Source: Mobula hypostoma (Eukaryota). From it: DNA of 64,000 nucleotides. Positions within the stretch are counted from its first letter, which is position 1, and each line of letters opens with the position of its first letter. Shown here in pieces: positions 61,978 through 64,000 of the stretch. Under the pieces are notes generated by a model that made no database searches, was not told the origin of the DNA, and saw only the letters and a program-made list of their open reading frames with translations. Location of the stretch: assembly GCF_963921235.1 (NCBI RefSeq), contig NC_086108.1, positions 88,476,001-88,540,000 on the forward strand, written 5' to 3'. A program made the translations under genes and the position numbers.

Positions 61978-62132
61978 TTCGTAGGTAATACCATCAACAT
62001 CACAGTTAAGGGGTTGAGCTTGAGAATCATCTGTAATGAATTTGCCAAGTGGAGTTCTCAAAGAGGACCAAGCATCTCGAGCTTCCAGCAAAAATCCTTT
62101 AAAGGTTTCACTTGAATTGCTTTTCAATGTCA
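61978..62132 (-). CDS. FRRS1: FRRS1-like exon (reeler); most 5' exon found in the window
   Basis: (V)TLKSNSSETFKGFLLEARDAWSSLRTPLGKFITDDSQAQPLNCDVDGITYE; tttttaag| ... GAA|gtaagt; FKGFLLEAR is the reeler signature. Confidence 0.93.
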
Positions 62133-62971
62133 CTTAAAAAAAAGTGCAGAATTCAGCATTAATTGAAGTTAGATGCTTCAATGTTTTAAGATGGATACCA
62201 GATTTCAGTAGGAAAAACCATACATAGTAAAATTTGCAAAATGTTCCAAATAATAAAATGTACAAAGGTCAAACAAAGCACATGATGCAAAACTCCATGC
62301 CCTTCCCTTGCAGATTTCCAACTTTAAAATTCTTGAGAGTACAGTGCAAAGGACCAAGTCTCTCAGCACCTGGTTTCTTCTCTTCCCCCCCCCCACCCCA
62401 CCCCTATCGCACAAAAGGGACAGCTTTACTGGAATGGAAAGCTCCTGACCAAACATGCATTAAAAAATTCTCTCTGGAATAGAGTTTTTGCACAGTTTCA
62501 TAACAAAGGAAGTCTCACTTCCACCATAGATATAATGTCTTCTTTTAAAAAAAATCACAGCAACATAATGGCATTTTACAAAACAAGTCTCTGCAGGAAA
62601 CAAAAAGATAGATAGAACATAAACAATTTTGGAAATACTGGAGTCTGGCAACAACAATGGAGGAGAAACAGTTAACGTTTCAGATCAATCATTATTCAGA
62701 AATAAGAAAACAAACAGGTTATATCACAGAGAAAGAAAAGCAAACCAAAAAGAATGGCATGATACTTTGGGGATGAAAAATTAGTTACAGGATTTGTAGC
62801 ACCTGACATTACTTTCTCCCCAAAGCGGATAGGTAAAACTAATCAAGGGCACTACTAAATTACAAGTGTCACTGGACAAATATAGTCCCTATGAAGGGAC
62901 CCAACGACATTCATTGTGAGGTACTGAGCGTCCCAGGTATGGATCAAACAGAAAATACACATCCGATCCAT

Positions 62972-63110
62972 TGACACAAGAAGTACTGCAGTTGCTGGAA
63001 AGCTGGAACAATACACACAAACTGCTGAGGAAGCTCATCAGGTCAGGCAGCATTGACAGATGGCAGTAAACAATCAATGTTTCAGCCCAAGACCCTTCAT
63101 CAGGACTGGT
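62972..63110 (-). mobile_element. Penelope-like terminal fragment with decayed hammerhead
   Basis: Minus strand: CAGTC-CTGATGA-AGGG..GCT-GAAAC-ATT-GATTG. Confidence 0.65.
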
Positions 63111-63344
63111 CCTTTGTTTCAATTTGGGGCAAACTCTCACTTTTTGTTTAATTAATAGTACTCTAAAACGAGTATTTTTCCTATATTGGAGGGAAATGTT
63201 GGTGAAGGTGGGGTACACAGCAACAATTGATTTTTGCTCATTAACAATATGGGGCATATGTGGGGTGGGGTTCAGGGTAGTTTGAAATAGAATTCCTACA
63301 CATCTCATCTATTTCCTGCATCTCAGCTTTAATACATTCGCCTG

Positions 63345-64000
63345 AACAGCAGGAACAAATTTCCTCTGCTCCTTGCCTTCCACCCCATCAGCATCTACGT
63401 TCAACAGATTATACTTTGCAATTCTTGCCGGCTCCAATAAGATTCCACCACCAGCTACACATTCCTCTCCTTTTTCCAGAGAGTCACATCAGCAGAATTA
63501 CAAAAGGATTCACTCATTTTGACTCCCTGATTCACTCTTCTGTCCCCACTTACTTGTCCTTTTGTAAGGCACTTCCCCATGCAGATGCTGGAGTTATAAT
63601 ACCACAGTTTTCACTTCACTCATTTTCAGTCTTTTTATTCCCCCAGCTAAAGCAGCATTTCACTTGCACTTCTTATGGTCTAGTGTCCTGTAGTCTCGAG
63701 AAATCAAATGCAGATTGGACGTTTGCTTTGCAAGACATCTATGTGCACAGTCTGCACGCATAGCTACTATGTTCTCCCGCTGCTTCTCTCATCGCAATCT
63801 ATGCACCATGCTTTCCCCCATGAGGTGGTACCTGCTGTACTTGTCCCAGTTGCTAAAATTTCACCAGACCTGCTACCATGTTAATTCACCTTCATGCTCC
63901 ATTTCTGACCTCAGTCTGTCTCCTGTCCACTTACAGTGAGGCCCAAGGCAGCTTGAGAAGCAATACCTCATCTTCCATCTGGGCACGTTGCAGCCTACCA
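63345..64000 (+). mobile_element. Degenerate Penelope-like ORF (linker plus GIY-YIG region)
   Basis: Remnants QHFTCTS..LV, E.K..L..FA.HL and cttgagaagcaatacctcatcttccatctgggcacgttgcagcct (LE.Q.LIF.LG.LQP). Confidence 0.6.

Noticed and set aside
62133..64000. First coding exon (signal peptide) of the FRRS1-like gene
   Set aside because: No matching segment found; ORFs here overlap repeat debris

Overview
Vertebrate genomic DNA, most likely from a cartilaginous fish (inferred from the repeat complement: abundant CR1, Penelope-like, Rex1/Babar, V-SINE; species not determinable here). Two host genes, both on the minus strand, were reconstructed by hand. (1) Fourteen phase-consistent GT-AG coding exons (62132 down to 14658; 520 full codons plus stop) of a ferric-chelate reductase 1 (FRRS1)-family gene with reeler, DOMON and cytochrome b561 domains. 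Its first coding exon lies beyond the right edge. (2) The first coding exon of CFAP57/WDR65 (1386-1230), with a compact promoter at about 2240-2320 containing an RFX X-box, two ETS sites and a ZNF143 motif. Most of the remainder is transposon-derived: many CR1 copies, a TSD-bounded L1, a near full-length RTE, Gypsy LTR elements, and Tc1/hAT pieces, with nesting up to four layers deep. The most notable non-coding signal is a family of Penelope-like terminal repeats carrying minimal type I hammerhead ribozyme motifs (CUGANGA...GAAAC-GUC), several as short palindromic insertions. Nothing here proves a wholly new system. The best leads are the ribozyme-bearing palindromes, the divergent FRRS1 paralogue next to CFAP57, and a candidate HDV-like motif in an RTE-derived mini-element. 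Repeat boundaries are approximate unless a TSD or terminus is stated.
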